From Octopus vulgaris (taxonomy: Eukaryota), in NCBI GenBank assembly GCA_951406725.2, contig OX597815.1, positions 201,004,001 to 201,068,000 of the forward strand: a DNA stretch of 64,000 nt, written 5' to 3'. This document shows positions 12,460-27,335 of this stretch, one piece after another. The position numbers were made by a program, and so were the translations under genes. Under the pieces are notes generated by a model. The model had not been told where the DNA came from. It did not search any database and saw nothing but the letters and a program-made list of their open reading frames with translations. Within the stretch, counting starts at the first letter, position 1; every line of letters begins with the position of its first letter.

Positions 12460-13899
12460 AAGATGTCACATAATCTTCCTCTCTCTCTCCCCCCCTCTCT
12501 CTCTCTCTCTCCACACACACACACACACACATATATATTTATATATGCGCAACTCTTTGTATGCACATATACATATATATACGTTTATATGTGTAGATGT
12601 GTGCATATATATAAGTAACCAATGGTCCATTGTTGAAAGCTACGCCAAACAACAACCAATGATGAATGACTTTTCAAATCGCTCATTAAACACTTCTTTA
12701 TCTGCCATTGTGTAGCTGTTCGCTTGTCGCTGATTCACACAGTTATACACTTTTTGTCAACCACCTATTACCTACCCACTTTTTTTTATCTAAATAACTG
12801 ATACAGAAACTCGACTCTCCCTCTAAAATAGATGCAGTTTTCAGTCATCCTCTATCAGGACCCAAATCAAAATCATTCGCTGATGTATTTTTTTCGTAAT
12901 GTTTTCTGTGTTTTGTTCTAATCCTTCTTTTTCATTTCCGACATGAAATATATTATTTTCTTTAAAAGGTTGAAAGCTTTGCTTCCAACGACAGTCATAT
13001 ATTTAATTGTGAAGCACAAATAAACTCTACACTTATCTAATTTCTTCAGGCTATTTTTAATGAGGTTAATGATTTTTATGATATATTGACAATTACAAGT
13101 CAAAAACAATGCTGTCACTCTGAGAATGAAGGTGTCACGGGGTTATACATACATTGACCTGCAACTTTGTATGATAATGATTATGCTCACATTAGGAAAC
13201 ACTGGCCTCCATTTAGAGTAATACTGACAGCAATTAGATGTATCTCAGTTTGACTGAAATATGAAAATGAAATCAACCTATATGATAAATTCTAACCTGT
13301 CACATTAATGTAAATCGATTGAATGATTGTCCTACAATCATCAGTGGATGACCCAATATGAATCTAGGACACACACCACACTTCTATCAAATTCACGTCA
13401 TTGAATACAGATTGAATCTGTAATAGATATTGCTGTAACCTTATGTCCCTGTATTTATCTAATCTTTCGTCGGTCCGTCTGTTGGTCTGTCTGTCTTTAT
13501 CTGTCCATCTATCTTCCAGACTATATTTTTGTCAGTCCTTATATGTATCTAACTAGCTGTTGTATGTCTGTCAATCTCTCTCCCTCCTCTCTCTCTAAAT
13601 ACCTAAGTATCTATATGCAAGTCTTTATCTGTTTATTCTTTATCTGTTTATTTATCTTTCAGCCTATCTATGTATCTATTCATCTGTCTACATCTATATT
13701 GATATCTTATTATATATCTCCCTCTATTTCTCTTCTCCACTCCTCGCATATGTATATATGTGTGTGTGTTTCTGTGAGTGTGTGAGTATTTCTCTGCAGC
13801 CATTCCTGGAGGTGTTTGTGCATATGTTTTCATCCTAAGTATTACTGTATGACGCTACTTAATCGAATGTCTTGTGTAGATCCACATTTATTTTTCGGG

Positions 13900-15080
13900 C
13901 AGTAGTTCATCAATCCAGTCTCTTGGATACCACACCCTGCTACATTAATGCTTTTATATACTTTAGTTTTCTGCTAGCCAGTTATTATTAACTTATGGCT
14001 TTGTTTCTACCGTAATATCAAAGTGTGAGAATATGCGAACAACTACTCCACTTGTTGCCAAATATTTTGATTTCTATACCCTTTTAATATCTGTACATGC
14101 TTGTCACAACTTCTACATCAGGATGTCACCGGCTACTTATTACGTAAACCACACCTTATATACATTCCTATGACAAAAATATTTCAACCTTTATCTATAA
14201 TCCATCTCTATTGACCTGTCTCTAACATAACAGGAATGCTGTTCTGGTCGTATTATGAAATGCCAATTTCTCGTCACATCTTTCAGTGTTGCTTAGCAGA
14301 ACGATTTTGCTCATCAGTGTCCACTCTCCTAAATCTTGCCTTGCACACGTCTTCGGAAAATGCATTACAAGGATGTATATTTATTCCGATAGCCAGCTGT
14401 GAGTTAAGCATTCTTTTCTTGCCAAACAAGGTTAGCTTTTCCTTTGATACACAAGTTTAGTCGAGGTTTGGCTGCAATTAGTAACACTTTGATGCCATGG
14501 TGCTGGGGTTTTCCTGGAAGATGATTGGGTTTCTGTAATATACGCAATCAATCTCAATCACACGTTTCATTATAAACGCATGCATTATTATTATCCATTT
14601 GCTACCGTCCATACACCCTCTAACATCCATTTCTTCCTGGAAATGCAATGTTACAGCTTCTATCGTCAACCTTGATTGATATGACCCAACTATCAGTGTT
14701 ATGCAATCATGCGAAGCACAAAGAATGTCTTCCTATTACAGAGAGAACGAAGGTCATCACACCACATATCCGAAGCCTATTTTATTGGTGTCTTATCAAA
14801 GAGTTGTCTTCCGACATTGGCGATTCTTTCTTTCCTTCACTCCCCACAAATGATAGTTGTGAATGCCATACCCACTCATAAAAAGGTTTCCCACGCATTT
14901 CATTTAGCATTCAACTCCATATTACGCACAAAAACTAATGTCTTCCAGAAAAGTTCTTTTCACTTCATCGACGCAAATTTCCAAGTACATATGCATGCAA
15001 GATACGAAAGCTCATTCTTCTGTTTGAAAGAAACATGAAAACTGGTCCTAACACAGCTCCTCATTTGAATTTGAGATCCG
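13900..15080 (-). pseudogene. Possible highly decayed hAT (Charlie/Buster-like) transposase
   Basis: Scattered minus-strand peptides in the expected order: SIKVDD (~SIQVDE), GCMDG (~CTDG), HAFIMKR (~HCFIHRE). Weak evidence. Confidence 0.3.
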
Positions 15081-15118
15081 ACCTACGCTCATCAAACAAT
15101 TTCTTACACACACACACA

Positions 15119-15173
<55 letters not shown>

Positions 15174-15319
15174 CCAATCTATATACTTATGTATCTCTTT
15201 GTTCCTTCAGTCTTTCTCTCTGCTATTCTTTCTTTCCTTCTGTTCCACACGGAATTTCTATTATATTAATGATTTCAAACATGTTCTATTGTGTTTCTAA
15301 CCACATAAGTTAACCTCTC

Positions 15320-16300
15320 TTAGTAAGATTATTGCTATTGCACTGGATATTTCGGAAGATTTCGACCGTAACTGAAATGTGAAACCTTTGAAGAAAACAA
15401 GTACCTACCTATGCACTGAAACCAGCTCTTCTGTTTTCGGTGGATCTATACTTATTAGTCAGTAACATCGTTCTGCAGCGAAATGGTTCTCATTGATCAA
15501 TATCCTATCAACTATTATCTCTATCATGTTTCAAGTTTTTCTCACCCGCAACTCATCATCAAATCAATCCAACCTTCATTCTTTCCATAAGCAATATAGA
15601 GAACTTGCATAAACATCGCACTGGTTCCATGAACGATATCAACTCAAAAACTTCCAATCAAGCCATCAGAATTCTGTCACCTAAAATACAAGCACGTATA
15701 CAAGATAGTATTCAAAAAATTACGTCTCTCCATCCCACCCTAAACATGAACAGAATACAACTAAACTACAACAATATTCATCGAACGTTTACTGAATTTC
15801 ACCGTTATTGGGGATTTCTCTTGGCAAACGCAATCAGAAATCATAAAATACTTAAGAAAGCGTAAAGTTACACTTCACAGGAAGAAAATAATTAATTATG
15901 TTCAACAAACATATTTGAGACCCGTAATAAAGTACAGCATATATATATATGCTGGTGCTGCATCTATTACACAAATAATAAGGTTTCGTCAAAGGATGTT
16001 TATTTATCTATCAGTCTATCTATGTATCTAAGGATGTACACTGGAATACACTGGAAGCATTGGCTATCCTGTTAATTCCAAACCACAGACGCCTGCTGTT
16101 ATTTCTCGAACATTTCTTCCGCTTCATCTCATCTTCACTCAAGAAACCCCACATAACTAATTTTCCAATTTATCCTAGCATATCTCTGTCAACTTTTCAC
16201 TCCCTGTGCTTTCGAATATCCTAAGTCCTTTCTATGCAGAAGATCTGCTTTCGAAGATTATCTGTCAACGATCTACATGTAGCTGTATATAAAAGACAAT
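15320..16300 (+). pseudogene. Decayed LINE reverse-transcriptase fragment
   Basis: IAIALDISEDFD at about 15330 resembles the RT motif A.ALDISKAFD. The rest is heavily decayed. Confidence 0.45.
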
Positions 16301-16960
16301 TAGACGTGTTGCTTTCTGAGGACCAGTGAACACCATTTATAATATCGCTTATCCCATCCTAGCAAATTACTGTTCATATACGATTGGTAGCATTGGTATT
16401 AGGTAAACTATATTTTTTTTACACTTCGAAAATCAAGAGGGGAAGAAAATTTATGGGCTTTGTACAAAAACATACGCGTGGAAGAAGGAAAAATGATAAT
16501 ACCCTTCGGCTTTCATACGATATTAATGAAAAATTTATCTGCAACTATATTAGAGGAAATACTAGGAATATAAAAGAGAATGAGTGGAGACTGGAAAAGC
16601 ATTGGAAAGAGAAGGAAAATGAGAGATAATATAAGAATAAATGGTGTGTTTATTGGTTAGGGAAAAGTAGAATGTGTATTAGTTAGAGGTTAGTGAGTTC
16701 GTAAACAACTCAGTAAACAACGTAATTTTAATTAATTAATTAAGATCTAATTCATTCAGATAATCTCACACCTTTAGATAATGCACTAAGAGTGCAATTT
16801 TAATTAATTAAAATTTCTTAGCTAAATCTATCAACAACTCTAGTGTCAACTTTAATACTAAGTCTTGACGCAACCAACGTCCTAGAGTGATTTTTTCAAT
16901 CTTATTCTTCCAGGTTTTCACGCCACTGTATGTTCCTCTCCTAATATAATAATGTGCGTA

Positions 16961-17014
<54 letters not shown>

Positions 17015-17020
17015 CATACA

Positions 17021-17148
<128 letters not shown>

Positions 17149-17474
17149 GTTGGAGTGGTTCATCTGAAGCGACAAGTTCGCTGATAGGTAAAGTTCCTTC
17201 TTTTAAGTGTCTCCAAATCAAAATTAAGAAATGTTGAGCTGACGAAAGAAATGCTGATTTTATTTGGCTAATCTTGAAACGTTGACGTACTCAAACGATC
17301 TATGTACTTGTGATATTTTTCTGTATTTACCCCAAACCTTCGTGAGCTGTCTAGAGTAAGCATTATCTGAGAGAAATTTTCTTTAAGTAGTAGAAATACT
17401 AAGAAAATTTTTTGGGCTGGTATTTCTACTAAGTTCAGTATGTGGCAAAGTAATTTATTTTACTAAGCCCTAAT

Positions 17475-17563
<89 letters not shown>

Positions 17564-17579
17564 CATATATATATATATA

Positions 17580-20050
17580 GTAAAATATTAGGGAATAAAT
17601 CCAAACTTACAGGGAAAAATCAGATTTAGGAGTAAATCCAATTTTATAGTATAAATATATTATATTAAATTATATTAAATCAGAGATAAAACCACTATTA
17701 GGCAAATCAAACAATGAAAAACATAACCCAATACATAAAATTAATTAATTTATATCATTTTAAATATATATCAAAGGTATTAAAAGTTTAATAAAAGATA
17801 AAGAGTAAAACACTACGATCGTTTCATGGCTGTACAATTCGTAATAATTCGAGTTATGGTTATCTTCAGGTTAATTGAAATATCTAAAATATAAAAAATA
17901 TAATCAGAAATATTTAAACAATATTTTTAAGATATAAAAAATATAATAATTTTACTTATAATAAACTCTATTATCAAACTAGAAACATAAAACTTAACAA
18001 TTGATTATATCAAAATCGACTATAATGTTAAATATTAATTTTAATTTATAAGTTAGGAAACCCACCAATAATCTAATATCGACATTAGTCTATATCTAAT
18101 TGCATAAATATTTTAAAATGACTAATATATATAAATTATCAATGAAAATATATAAATGTAGATAAATATTAAGATCTAAAATACTCTCTATAAATAAATA
18201 TATATGCACATATAATAAAAACTTAATAAATTAAGTTTTCATATTTAAAGATGAAATAGCTAATTTCAAAATACAAATAAACAAACTTAATCGAACTTTC
18301 GGAAATCTTATGTAAAATACTTATAGAAATAATCAATTCGTAGTAATATAGTATCGAATAAATACTATAAATACTATAAATATAATTATCAATGGGAATA
18401 ACTAGCGAATATCAATTTAAAGAAATAACTAAGTTATGCTAATAAATTAGACATGGCCTGGACCAATCTTTAGTCGAAACATATCTAAGTTTATCAAAGT
18501 TTATCTAATTTAATTATAAATTTAACTCTACAATTAATACTATTAAAACATGTATATACAAAAGCCTAACTTAATACACCTCGTATGCTTGCTATCAAAT
18601 AACAAATCTATCGCTGTAGTACATTACAAATAAACTTAAATTTAATATCTAATAATATAGAAAATTACAATAATTAGATCATTACATAAACCACGATATT
18701 TACATAAGGAAAATATTATTACACCAAAGACTTATACAATATTAAAATTTACAATTTGAAGATCTTAAATATAAATAAATACTTATCTTAGCAATGAACT
18801 AAAATTTTGAATCGGAAAACGTCTTTACAGCGTTTATAAAAATACTCGTGGAATTACGTTATTAGCAAAAAAAAATAATAAATTGTTGAAGAATTCATTA
18901 AGCGTGAGGAACCTACGCTTTATCAATGAGATTGTGAATGGGAAAATTAATGGTTTATCATTGTAAATAGAATGAAGTACCAAAAAAAGAATAAAATCTC
19001 TCTATACAATAATATTTATCAATAAAATAACTATGATAAATAATACTTAATACAAAATAAATTATATGATTTAAATGATTAAAAACCACTAATTATTAAA
19101 TATATCCTAAAAATCTTATATGATTAATAAATATATAAACAAATTTATTTATATAGTAACCCCTCATCATACTATAAAGTCTTTCCCATGCTCTCATAGT
19201 TATAAGCTAACATTAGTGATCATTACCAAATCTATAAATACTTATCAAAATTTGTAGTATAACTAAACATACGCATATATAAATATATAAAAAATATACA
19301 TACATATACATATATATATACATATATATATGCATATATATATACATACATATACATACACATATACACATACGTACACACATACATACATATACATATA
19401 TACACACATATATACACACACATTCACACATACACATATGCACACACATACATACATGTACATACATACAATACTCAATATATACACATACACCTATATA
19501 CACACACCCACACACACACACATAAATAATTTATATACATATACATATATATACACGCACATCAACATATATACATACACACACAACCACATATATCATA
19601 TAATAAATACATATATAAATGTCTATATTCATACTACAATACAAAATAGAGGTAAATATTAAGTTGAATCTAAATAATTAATCTACTAATCTATACTTCT
19701 ATATTAAATAAAATAGATTAAATAAACAACTAAATAAATCTATTTCAAATATAAAGAGATTACATACAAATAGATTAATATAACAAAAAAGTATAATTTA
19801 TCGAAGTTTTAACAGAAATATAACAAAATATATAAAATTGTAACTTACCAGACTCTATATTCAATAAATCATAAAATATTCATTAAAAATATATTTAGTA
19901 ATAAAATATTTAGTAATAAAATGAACAGCTATATATAATCTAACTATAATTAAGAACAGAACCTAAATAACTAAAATAAACTAATATAATAAGTACTACA
20001 AATCACCTGCTATATTTTGAATACTATTACATAACACAACAAATATATAT
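17580..20050 (-). mobile_element. Very AT-rich long element between (TA)n tracts, with a decayed hammerhead-like motif near its minus-strand 3' end (17814-17870)
   Basis: Minus strand reads CUGAAGA ... decayed stem II ... GAAA CGAUCG UA. The element has sharp microsatellite boundaries and no ORF. Confidence 0.4.
18441..18508 (+). mobile_element. Extremely 5'-truncated LINE (3' stem-loop and tail only)
   Basis: ttagacatggcctggaccaatctttagtcgaaacatatctaagtttatcaaagtttatctaa matches the LINE ends at 7153-7210 and 63716-63762. Confidence 0.85.
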
Positions 20051-20056
20051 ATAGGG

Positions 20057-20144
<88 letters not shown>

Positions 20145-21063
20145 TGATAGATAGATAATCATTACAAATTGATGTAGGGAGCAGATCAAATCCGTTCAAT
20201 GCACTTCCTATTGGCTGTTGCTGAGAGCTACAATGTTTTCCTGGTGTTTTCCCCCGAATGTTGCACATCATGAAAAGTGCCATTTCTTCCAGAACACTTT
20301 TTATTTCGCCTTCGTATGGGGATTGTGACTTTATTTCTGTACGCTCGCTTTACTTATGAATCATTGCTCAGCTTCTGTATTTGCGTTTTTTTTTTTAGTG
20401 CATAATATTTCCTGTTTTTTGATGCTGACATGACTCCTGGGAGAACGATATCAGTCTGAAATTTTTTCTATGGCGCCCGTTGTCGCTTCAATTGAATGAG
20501 TAAAGCCCCTAATCTATGACGTTCGCAAAGAATATTTCTTCCCTTCCTCGAAATTACGTCGTCTTTACTTCTCTTGATGATAGCATTGCAAATTACTTAC
20601 ATTTGTTTTAAATGTTGTTCTCATTGTTGCTTGTAATGGAGCCAGCTGCTATCGCGCTCGCTCCTTAAACTATTATTATTGTTGTTCCTGCTGCTGGCAC
20701 AATTATAGATGCCATTATGGCTACTGCTGATCACACTATTGTTCATGTTGGTTTCGTTATTGTTCAAGTTGGAGTTGTAACAACTCATGCTGATGTCAAT
20801 GGTCTTGTTATTACTGAGGTCATTGTCATTGCTGTCGTTGTTTTGGTGGTGGTGGTGGTGGTAGTTGTGTTGTTGTTAGAGTTCTTTTGTTTTATAGTTT
20901 ATTGTTTTATAGATTATGCTTTACTGTAAGCACAACCTCCTCACAATCAAGAACTGCTTATGGAAAGTGTGAGAGCCGTTTACTGGAAAAGGGATGAAGA
21001 AAATCAAACGCAGATAAAACTCACTCGTGACGTTTCAAACGCGTGTTCCACATATCATCCAAG

Positions 21064-21065
21064 TG

Positions 21066-21115
<50 letters not shown>

Positions 21116-21221
21116 AATAATGATGATGATGATGATGATAATAATCATAATAATCATAATAATAATGATAATGATAATAATAATCATAATAATAATGATA
21201 ATGATAATAATAATCATACTT

Positions 21222-21280
<59 letters not shown>

Positions 21281-21333
21281 AATGATAATAATAATAATTA
21301 TTATAATAATAATGATAATAATAATAATTATAA
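21064..21333. repeat. Compound (AAT/GAT/CAT)n microsatellite
   Basis: Seen directly. Similar trinucleotide tracts occur at 23738-23808, 24796-24906, 34245-34420, 37456-37590, 45206-45313 and 46392-46528. Confidence 0.95.
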
Positions 21334-21917
21334 TGGAGGAATTCCAACCAAGTTTCGTGATACGCTACCTCAACATCATCAGGAGGAACACGTCGGGTTT
21401 CGGCCCCTATTGCTCTACCGTTTCTGGATGTGTCTTCAGCTTTGGTGTTGAGTGCGTTTTTTGCCCCTCTCTCTTTTTTTTTTCCTTTGACATTTTGTCT
21501 TTGGTGTCTCCTATGCAGCGTCAACGAATGTCAACGGGTGAATGACCATCCTGTCAAACCTTCCGCTAAATACTCGCTGGTAGGCTCCAGCAGCCAACAC
21601 CAGTTAACTGTCATGTGACACTATCTAAGCTTCAACTGACCATTGGAGGGGAAGGACGCATAGTTTTGGTCCGCGCCTTCTCTAAACCTGCCTTCCAGCA
21701 GCATCGTGTTACCTTCACTTCCAGCAGTCAGAGCCGACTATCTGTTTAGTGGTACAATCTTCCGAACCGAGAAGCGGGCGTGCAATGAATGAAATCACTC
21801 CCTTGGCCTACTTATCAATCAGCAACGCTGCTTAAGTGCCAGCCAGCCTCACCCAGCAATGTTATTTCCCAGTTGGCATGTTATGGCTATCGAACCATTT
21901 TGGGTCTTCTTGTTTCA

Positions 21918-21964
<47 letters not shown>

Positions 21965-21969
<5 letters not shown>

Positions 21970-22167
21970 GATTCGCTAGCCTCTGCACGCATTTTGTTTC
22001 TCTCCTTGTTTCTCTCCGTGTTTCTTTTCTATGTATCTTTCTGTTGAAGAGCGTAGGCTCGAATAGTAAAAGACTTATTTTATTTATGTTCCTGAGCGCC
22101 ATACTAATACAATTGTTTGTTTGTATTTCACCTGCCTTCGTCTTTTGTTTATTTTTATGAAGCTTCC

Positions 22168-22172
<5 letters not shown>
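21965..22172 (+). mobile_element. Family H1 short element with hammerhead-like motif (22036-22073)
   Basis: tcttt CTGTTGA a GAGC gtag GCTC GAAT agta aaaga (GAAA box mutated). (TA)n on both sides. Confidence 0.7.
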
Positions 22173-22196
<24 letters not shown>

Positions 22197-22204
<8 letters not shown>

Positions 22205-23164
22205 AAGTATAGAAGGTAGAAGATGTCTTATATAGCTACAAAACTATTACAAAATAACCAGCATAGTACTACAGAAATACCTACATCAAAAGTAAGGAAA
22301 ACTAATACAAATAGCTACAAAACAAGAAGAAAACAAAAAGTTGTTTTCAGTTTGTAAGGAAGCTGACAAATGCAGAAAAGAATCATAGTGCCTAACATTT
22401 ATGAAAAAAATTTTGAATAAAAAGAAGAAACGACAAAGCTGTAAAACAACTGAAAACTAAACTAAAACTGGAACAGCAACGTATCGTGAAAAACAATAGC
22501 AAGAAAAGAAGCTTCGTTGCAAGAACTGGATTAAAATATAGAAAAAGGACTTAGACAATGCAAAATCCCAAAAGTGGCCGAGAAAAGCTCTGGACGCGAA
22601 ACGGAGACTGACAGATGTTTAATTGCAGCACAACATCAAAACCTTCCCACCAGAAATTACCAAAACCATGTAATGAAAAGAGATACAACTAACTGCGGAA
22701 TATGTGGAGATGGACAAGGAACAATAAACCATATTGTCTCTGGCTGATAAGGAATATATCCACAGACACGACAGATATAGTTGCAGGAGTGGCTGTGTGG
22801 TAGGTAGCTTGTTTACCAACCACACGGTTCCGGGTTCAGTCCCACTGTGTGGCACCTTGGGCAAGTGTCTTCTACTATAGTCTCGGGCCGACCAAAGCCT
22901 TGTGAGTGGATTTGGTAGACGGAAACTGAAAGAAGCCTGTCGTATATATGTATATATATATATGCGGGTTGTGTGTTTGTGTGTCTGTGTTTGTCCCCCT
23001 AGCATTGCTTGACAACCGATGATGGTGTGCTTACGTCCCCGTCACTTAGCGGTTCGGCAAAAAGAGACCGATAGAATAAGTACTGGGCTTACAAAGATTA
23101 TTTGCTCGAATAAAGGCGGTGCTCCAGCATGGCCGCAGTCAAATGACTGAAACAAGTAAAAGAG

Positions 23165-23203
<39 letters not shown>

Positions 23204-23736
23204 TTGGGACGTGTATACACTGGATGGTGTGCCAACACTACGGCGTAACAACAGGAAAAAAGATGGTATAGGCATATGCCAGAAAAGGTCACAGAGAATG
23301 AAGAAGCAACCGTACTTTGGGATATGCCAATACACACATATAGAGAAATTAAGGCAAATATCATCAAGGAAAAAAAATGTCTAATCGATGTATCAATGCC
23401 AACTGATGTCAATAATAAACGGAGAAACTTCCAAAATACAAAGATCTGGAAATAGAAGTAACCCGAATGTGGAGTCTAAAAACAGAAACAATTCCTATCA
23501 TAGTGGGTGCATTAGGTATGATAAAAAAAATATTCAGACAAATTGACAACAAAAAACACCAGGACTTACAACTATATATAACATACAGAAAATAGCACTA
23601 CTAGACACACGTCCTACGTAAAACACTTTCAATACAGTAAAAATGAGAGAATCATAACAAACCACTGCACATACTTAAGACTCACAGATCTACGCTCGGT
23701 AGTGCAATGACAGCACGGGATAAAAATAAGACTACA

Positions 23737-23737
<1 letters not shown>
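22197..23737 (+). mobile_element. Decayed R4/Dong-like non-LTR 3' fragment (CCHC finger plus restriction-like endonuclease), interrupted by a SINE
   Basis: Peptides LIAAQ, PTRNYQ, CGICGDGQGTINHIVSG, EYIHRHDR|VG, LWDMPIHT, KYKDLEIEVTRMW. Ends in (AAT)n. Confidence 0.85.
22776..23196 (+). mobile_element. Full-length tRNA-derived SINE family A with CORE-like segment
   Basis: A box tggctgtgtgg, B box ggttcagtcc, CORE-like caccttgggcaagtgtctt, LINE-like tail. Target-site duplication GACAGA at 22770-22775 and 23197-23202. Confidence 0.9.
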
Positions 23738-23799
<62 letters not shown>

Positions 23800-23808
23800 T
23801 AATAATAA

Positions 23809-24792
23809 TCCTTTCTACTGTAGGCACAAGGCCTTGAGATTTTTGTGGGAAGTGTGGATTACAGCGACTCCAGCACTCGACTCCGAAAGGATGAACGTTA
23901 AAATCGATCACGGCAGAATTTGAACTCAGAACGTAGTGACGGGGAAAATACCAGTACGCATTTTGTCCAGCGTGCTAACGACTCTGCTAGTTCGCTGCCT
24001 TAATAATAACAGTAACTACAACAACAACCACGGCAATAATAACTATTACTTAAAATTTTTGTCACAAGGGCAGCTTGGTGGACGTGGGATGGTACGGTTA
24101 CATCGACGCCACTGTTCGACTGGTACTTATTTTATTGCCCCGATAGGCGAAAGGCCGCTAAGTATTTCCCCGGCTTGCTCACGACTCTAACAGCTCGCCG
24201 TCTTAATAATAACAATAATAAGCCTAAAATTTGATTACATCGACCCCAGTGCTTCACTGGTACTTAAATTATCAAATCCGAAAAGATGAATGGCAAAGTC
24301 AATCTCTGTGGAATTTGAACTCAGAACGTAGCGGCAGACGAAATACCTATTTCTTTACTACCTACAAGGGACTAAACACAGAGAGAACAAACAAGGACAG
24401 ACAAACGGATTAAGTCGATTACATCGATTCTAGTACGTAACTGGTACTTAATTTCTCGACTCCGAAAAGATGAAAGGAAAAGTCGACTTCGGCGGAATTT
24501 GAACTCAGAATGTAACGACAGACGAAATACGGCTCCGCATTTCGCCCGACGTGCTAACGTTTCTGCCAGCTCGCCGATTAATGGTAATATAATAATACCT
24601 TCGGCTAAATTTAGTGGTGGGGATTGGACTAGTGAATTACACGGAGCCAGGGTATCACTGGTATTAAATTTATCGGCTCCGAAAGGTTGAAAGGTAAACT
24701 CGACGTCGGGGGAATTTGAACTCATAACGTAGCGACGGGCGAAATACCGCTAAGCACGTTCCCGGTTTGCTAACGATTTGCCAGCTCACCTT
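23809..24792 (-). mobile_element. Cluster of about four SINE family B copies (minus), separated by (AAT)n
   Basis: Copies at about 23809-24001, 24052-24205, 24220-24577 (dimeric) and 24600-24792. Confidence 0.85.
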
Positions 24793-24795
24793 CTC

Positions 24796-24906
<111 letters not shown>

Positions 24907-24990
24907 ATTGTATGTTAATGTAATAAATGACACTCCACTAATCTATGTTATGCGCTCGCACAGCAAAATAATATATATATATATATACTT

Positions 24991-25390
24991 AAGGCGGCGA
25001 GCTGGCAGAAACGTTAGCCCGGTGGGCGGAATACTTAGCGGTATTTCGTCTGTCTTTTACGTTCTGAGTTCAAATTTCGCCGAGGTCGACTTTGCCTTTC
25101 ATCCTTTCGGGGTCGATAAATTAAGTACCAGTTACGCACTGAGGTCGATGTAATCGGCTTAATACATATGTCTGTCCTTGTTTGTCCCCTCTGTGTTTAG
25201 CCCCTTGTGGGTAATAAAGAAATAGGTATTTCGTCTGTCTTACGCTCTGAGTTCAAATTTCGCCGAGGTCGACTTTGCCTTTCATCCTTTCGGGGACGAT
25301 AAATTAAGTACCAGTTACGTACTGGTGTCAATCTAATTGACTTGCCCCCACCCCTAAAATTTCGGGCTTTGTGCCTAGAGCAGAAAATAA
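24991..25390 (+). mobile_element. SINE family B, dimeric form
   Basis: Head ggcggcgagctggcagaaacgttagc. The B-box/central segment occurs twice, joined at aaagaaatagg|tatttcgtctg. Confidence 0.9.
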
Positions 25391-25430
25391 TATATATACA
25401 TAATATATGCGTTTGTGTGTGTGTGTGTGT

Positions 25431-25468
<38 letters not shown>

Positions 25469-25516
25469 AGAGGTAGACGTTTCAAAACAGAAATATATCT
25501 AAAGCCAGAACTGTTT

Positions 25517-25579
<63 letters not shown>

Positions 25580-26484
25580 GTGAGAGCGTATATATAAAAT
25601 ACATGTGGACGCACGAAGGTAAGCATAGATGTCTCACAATGTATTTGTGTGTACGTTTGCGCGAGTCGCGTGTATATTTGTGTAGGTGTGTCTTTAAACC
25701 TATCAATGTGTGTGTCCCAGTTTTTGGAGTTAAATATGAATTAAATTCTTTCCTAATCTTTGATCAAAGAAGCAATTAATAAGGGAAGGGAATCCAATAA
25801 CTTCAAACGTTCTAGTTGACTGTTATGTGGTTTCATCGAACGCAAACGGATTACAGACTGAGATGATCTGAGCATGATTTGAACACAAGATGTAATAAAT
25901 CTGAAGAAAATGCGACGAATTATTTTCGTCTGACGCGCAAAGAATCCTATCATCCCTCAAAGAATTCTGTTATGATGTTTTAATACATTTTTGACGTCAT
26001 AATTAGAAGTTGAAACAAGACAATATTTGTAGAATATTTATTTGCAACATATGATTTGTTCAATGTTAACTTCTAGCATCTCCAGCTTACCGTGAATTCG
26101 ATTGTCTTTATATATTTACCAGTAATAGCACCTACTTACTGAAAATGACTGCCAGGTGAACAATTGTACTAATAATTCCGTTCGTGTGGAAGGAAAAAAA
26201 ATAATAATCGGCGAAAATACATCAGAAAGAGACATAAGATTTTTTCCATGAATATCGTCAAAATAGTCGTCGTTGATATCTGTAACAGAGGATTTCCTGA
26301 CAAATATAAATCGATCTCTCACTGCATATATACAGGGAGAGATTGGATGAAATTATTTGAAGACTTATATAATACATAATAAATTTAGGTATTTCTACCC
26401 GGTGTGTAAGTGTACGTATCTCTAGCTAAGTATCTATTTGTTGCATACAGATAAATTATATGTGTGTATGTGTATGTATGAATG

Positions 26485-26575
<91 letters not shown>

Positions 26576-26799
26576 GTGTATTTTTACCTTGTTAACAATT
26601 AACACGAAAAAAAAAATAGTTACCAGGGCAGCAAAAATCTCACAAGTAAAGGTGTTGTAACTCCTTGTTTATAAAGGTAGAAACTTCGTGTTTACGTTTA
26701 TAACATTTATTCTTTTGAATAGTATCAGTGGAATTTTCGAAACATGTGTCGAGAGTAAAAATATTTGATTACACCTGCGTTAACTCCATTTTTTTATTC

Positions 26800-26832
<33 letters not shown>

Positions 26833-26976
26833 TGCACACACATACATAATATATTTGTATGCAACACACGCCCACACACAAACACGCATATATACACACA
26901 CATACGTACATATATATGTATATATATATATGGATATATATATGTATATATATCATAGAAATAAGTATAATATATT

Positions 26977-27012
<36 letters not shown>

Positions 27013-27266
27013 GTGTGCGTGATTATGTATGTTTATACGTTTAAATGTATGTATACTTACAAATGTGTTGGTGTATATACGTAAATACATACATGTGATA
27101 TAAATGGAGTTTTTAAATATTTACATAGAACATAAATTTCCATCTTCTATTTTCTCAGTACATATGTCTAAGTAATCGTCTTCCTCTATATCTATCTTTA
27201 CAGTCTCTTTTAAATAAATATTATTATTTTGTGATTGCAATCGTCTATACACTCTACATACACACA

Positions 27267-27334
<68 letters not shown>

Positions 27335-27335
<1 letters not shown>

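Noticed and set aside
22781-22850. tRNA gene
   Set aside because: It has A/B boxes but no full cloverleaf, and it is the head of a SINE.
26085-26330. Further minus-strand splice-like signals
   Set aside because: No convincing frame, and GTAAG motifs are expected by chance at this AT content.
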